A stretch of DNA of 64,000 nucleotides, from the NCBI GenBank assembly GCA_965215265.1, contig OZ244048.1, positions 1,568,001 through 1,632,000 of the forward strand. The letters are read 5' to 3'. Below the pieces are notes generated by a model. The model was not told where the DNA came from. It ran no database searches and was given only the letters and a program-made list of their open reading frames with translations. This DNA is from Candidatus Poribacteria bacterium. GTDB taxonomy: Bacteria > Poribacteria > WGA-4E > WGA-3G. How positions within the stretch are numbered: position 1 is the stretch's first letter; each line of letters starts with the position of its first letter. Positions 61,231-64,000 of this stretch are shown here, piece after piece. The position numbers were made by a program, and so were the translations under genes.

Positions 61231-62898
61231 TTACCAAAAAGCAGGGAATTCACCCTGGAAACGGAGCAGTGCTTTGGCTTGAATTTCATTGCCGCTTTCA
61301 TGAACATCTCGACGATTCCCTACGTTCCTCCGCCACACGCGTGCCCACTCTGCATAGAGTGAATAGTGCCCGATTGTCACCCAATTAGCACCAACCTTGA
61401 GTCTATGCTCACTCTGAGTGACACCGGATAAAGGTGTCCACACGTCGTCTGCAGGCGCGTCCTCGGGGTGCCGCTTATCAATGTCGCCGCTTCCATGGCG
61501 TTCCAGTTCGTAGGTAAAAACAGTTTCCAGTTTATCAGTAAACCGTCGACGAAGTTCTATCCACCAATTGTCTGCGTCACTCCCGAGTTGATGCCCAAGC
61601 GGTGTCGTAAAATGTTTGTAAACGTTCACTGGGTTTTCATGCGTATACGCGTATTGGTTGATAAAGGCGTATTCAGCGTGCAAATCGGTATCGGCTATCC
61701 CGAACGGATCCGTGAGGTAAATCCCACCAAGAATACCAAATTTTGTGTCCCAGTGTTTAAAACCTGCGGCAGGGTTGGCATCATCCACCATCAATTCACC
61801 ATAAATCTCAACATCATCCGCAGTCCTGAACCGCATGTCAATGCTAGCGGAAACGTTATCGCCACTGCCTGGCGCACGGCTATCCGCACGCGAAATTGTC
61901 TGTTCGTTCACTAAATAGATGTTGACAGGATTCAGATAGCCAGGTTCAAAACGGTTTCCAAAGACGACAACCTCAGACACCCCGAATCCGAACCAGTCCC
62001 AGAAATATCCCTCAATTCTATGTGCTGAAATATATTTTTCATTGATTTCCGCATCCATGTCTTCCAAGACACCGGTAAATGAGGTGAAGGAAACTGTTTT
62101 GTAAGTCCCTTGCAATTTAAGCATGTCTATCGCAATAGGATTTTCGGAAATCAGCAAGTTTCCATGATACCCGGGTCCCCATCGGAGGGCATCTTGACCG
62201 AGTTGTAACTCAAACCATGGTAAGTTAAATTTAACGTAAGCATTCGCCGCCGTCCGATTTTTCAATCCTCCTTCTAATTGCCTATATTTTGATTCATCCG
62301 GAAAAATATCGTCAAAGAAGTCGCCATATAAAAACCGATAAGCGAAATCGGAATTGAACGCGAACCCTTCCCCGACTTGTCCATAGACGTGCGGAAACAA
62401 ATTAGTAACAAACATTGTTCCTTCAACCGGAGCCTCTCCGGACACGTTGTCAACGAGCCGAGTGATTGCCTGTTGCTGTGCTCTTAAATCAAAGGCCAAA
62501 CGGTAGTCCTCACCGACGAGTGTCAGGATGTGCATTTTTCTATGGGAAGTCGTTTGGCTTCCCATAGGTGCTGCCTCCCCGTAAAATGCTAACAACGCAT
62601 TTAGCCGGCCCTGGTCATTGGCACTCAGCGTTATTTCGCCATTCCGCTGTTTACGCGACACTTCCATCAGCAAAGATACCACCTGTTTACGCGTTAAGGG
62701 CAGCGAACCACGCGGCATGCCGGGCAATACCCGCTTATTAAGTAAACGATGAATAAAACGATAAGTTTCACGATTGAAATCGGAAAGAGTTGGGTTAAGG
62801 GGAACATTAAGAAGCGACGCAGCTTCTACTTCCCCTATAAGGAAAAAAGTCAACAGAAACACCGCAATGGGAATCATTAATAGGGTCCGAAAATTCAT
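61231..62898 (-). CDS. Capsule assembly Wzi family outer-membrane protein
   Basis: Signal peptide, WGPG..G.L..S.N, GDN, LGH.LG.D. Confidence 0.75.
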   Translation of the reverse strand: MNFRTLLMIPIAVFLLTFFLIGEVEAASLLNVPLNPTLSDFNRETYRFIHRLLNKRVLPGMPRGSLPLTRKQVVSLLMEVSRKQRNGEITLSANDQGRLNALLAFYGEAAPMGSQTTSHRKMHILTLVGEDYRLAFDLRAQQQAITRLVDNVSGEAPVEGTMFVTNLFPHVYGQVGEGFAFNSDFAYRFLYGDFFDDIFPDESKYRQLEGGLKNRTAANAYVKFNLPWFELQLGQDALRWGPGYHGNLLISENPIAIDMLKLQGTYKTVSFTSFTGVLEDMDAEINEKYISAHRIEGYFWDWFGFGVSEVVVFGNRFEPGYLNPVNIYLVNEQTISRADSRAPGSGDNVSASIDMRFRTADDVEIYGELMVDDANPAAGFKHWDTKFGILGGIYLTDPFGIADTDLHAEYAFINQYAYTHENPVNVYKHFTTPLGHQLGSDADNWWIELRRRFTDKLETVFTYELERHGSGDIDKRHPEDAPADDVWTPLSGVTQSEHRLKVGANWVTIGHYSLYAEWARVWRRNVGNRRDVHESGNEIQAKALLRFQGEFPAFW

Positions 62899-62913
62899 GA
62901 GTTTAGATTAACC

Positions 62914-63082
62914 TTTTGTATATCTCCGTACCATAAAAGTTTATGTCGTGTTAAATCCGATGTAGATCTCGTCGGAGACGCTCTAGGTAATGTCTTTAAA
63001 ATCATAACATCAAACGGCTCTGACGAGATTTGTGCTAAGGTTTACATAGCCGCAGCCTTTATTGGGCTCCTGTAGAGAAAAG
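62914..63082. mobile_element. Family-1 full palindromic copy
   Basis: Both arms present. Confidence 0.85.
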
Positions 63083-63085
63083 ACC

Positions 63086-63400
63086 TTATTTCAGGATGGC
63101 CATCTGGCGTGTGGCTTGATGCCTGGATGCATCCGCATGCAAAACCTATAGTCTATAGAAATAGACACCACTTGCCACGCGCTCACCCACGGCATTGCGT
63201 CCATCCCAATATGCCGCACGCGTGCGCTTCCGATAGATACCCGCAGATTGGAAACCGAGTGATAACTTCCGGATAGGTTCGCGATTTGGTGTGTGGATAT
63301 GAATGGAGACCTCGGCATCATGTGCCAAATCGTAAGGTATCCACGTCTCTGGGTTAAAAGGATTTGGATAGTTAGGAAGCAAAACAGTCTCTGTAGGCAT
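63086..63400 (-). pseudogene. Orphan C-terminal FlgD-Ig/T9SS-A-like domain with an internal TAG
   Basis: LLPNYPNPFNPETWIPY...YWDGRN..GE.VASGVYFYRL* continues in frame to ATRQMAILK*. Confidence 0.75.
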
Positions 63401-63493
63401 ACCCCTGTTAAGGGTCGTTTTGTCGAGGCACGCCTCTGTATTCTCTTAATTGGATTTTCATGCATTGAGCGAATAACTCCTATTATTTATCGC

Positions 63494-63595
63494 TTTTTTG
63501 TATACAGGAGCCCAACACCAATCTATGTTATGAAAGGAATTGGGTGGGTGGGCGCATAAATCTCGTCGGAGTTTCTCTCTGTTTAGATTCATAAT
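63494..63595 (-). mobile_element. Degenerate family-1 arm A copy with a family-2 fragment
   Basis: TTTTTTGTATACAGGAGCCCAA...GAAAGGAATTGGGTGGG...AAATCTCGTCGGAG. Confidence 0.65.
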
Positions 63596-63608
63596 TTGTA
63601 AGCGAGGA

Positions 63609-64000
63609 CTAACTGTTATAACCTAACTGTGCCATTGTGTTATGGAAAATGAGAGCCAGTTTTGGATGCATATCAAACGGAGCACGAGCAGGCACCGGAT
63701 GTAACGTTTCACAAGCATAATCCAGAAATCCTTTGTCTTCCGGTAGTTCGCAGAAGGCACATAACTTTGAAAGCGTTTCGTCAGGCTGTGTTGCCAATTC
63801 CTCAAAACGGAGCATGTGGACACAATCCGGTAAGGTGTCTATTAAACGGCACCCCTCCTGCATTGTTACTATCCATTCTACGGTAGCTCTGTCCAAATGT
63901 CGATCCATTTTTGCGATTTCTTCAGATATGTTGCTGAAATCAACATTTCCGGCGATAAGTTGTTTTACCAGGAGTTTCCATTTCCTGTCATTCACGCCCC
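63609..64000 (-). CDS. Sulfotransferase-like protein, C-terminal part (continues beyond the window)
   Basis: LRFEELATQPDETLSKLCAFCEL...MAQLGY. Confidence 0.65.
   Translation of the reverse strand, partial: GVNDRKWKLLVKQLIAGNVDFSNISEEIAKMDRHLDRATVEWIVTMQEGCRLIDTLPDCVHMLRFEELATQPDETLSKLCAFCELPEDKGFLDYACETLHPVPARAPFDMHPKLALIFHNTMAQLGYNS

Noticed and set aside
18153-63148. TAG readthrough or recoding (TAGs at 18153, 18339, 63146)
   Set aside because: Insert 1 also contains TGA stops, and intact genes here end normally in TAG.
1-64000. tRNA or rRNA genes
   Set aside because: No recognisable cloverleaf or rRNA signature was seen by eye; not checked computationally.

Overview
Bacterial chromosomal window. 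The gene content (LamG proteins ending KLAxTWAxxK, PhyH dioxygenases, Gfo/Idh/MocA oxidoreductases, sulfatase, dockerin and FlgD-Ig modules, an Rpn-like protein) resembles Candidatus Poribacteria; this assignment is inference. It carries housekeeping genes (ubiB-like, ruvX, mltG, lpxC-fabZ, lpxA, lpxI), a ferroxidase-like plus Fe3+ ABC operon with a Fur-like box, a type II and a type III restriction-modification system (the latter split at a C9 tract), and a CxxU selenoprotein that the ORF track missed. The most striking signal is non-coding: about 29 copies (counted by eye) of a dispersed element. Full copies are ~160-175 bp imperfect palindromes. Most copies keep one fixed end (GATGGTACGGAGATATAC[A/G]AAAA) and stop at variable points on the other side. 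They form head-to-tail tandem arrays, interrupt genes, sit on or next to start codons, mostly point in the local direction of transcription, and some carry a conserved protein C-terminus (EIxELARKVIEES*). No mobilising enzyme can be assigned within the window. A second ~70 bp palindromic repeat family is nested inside some copies.
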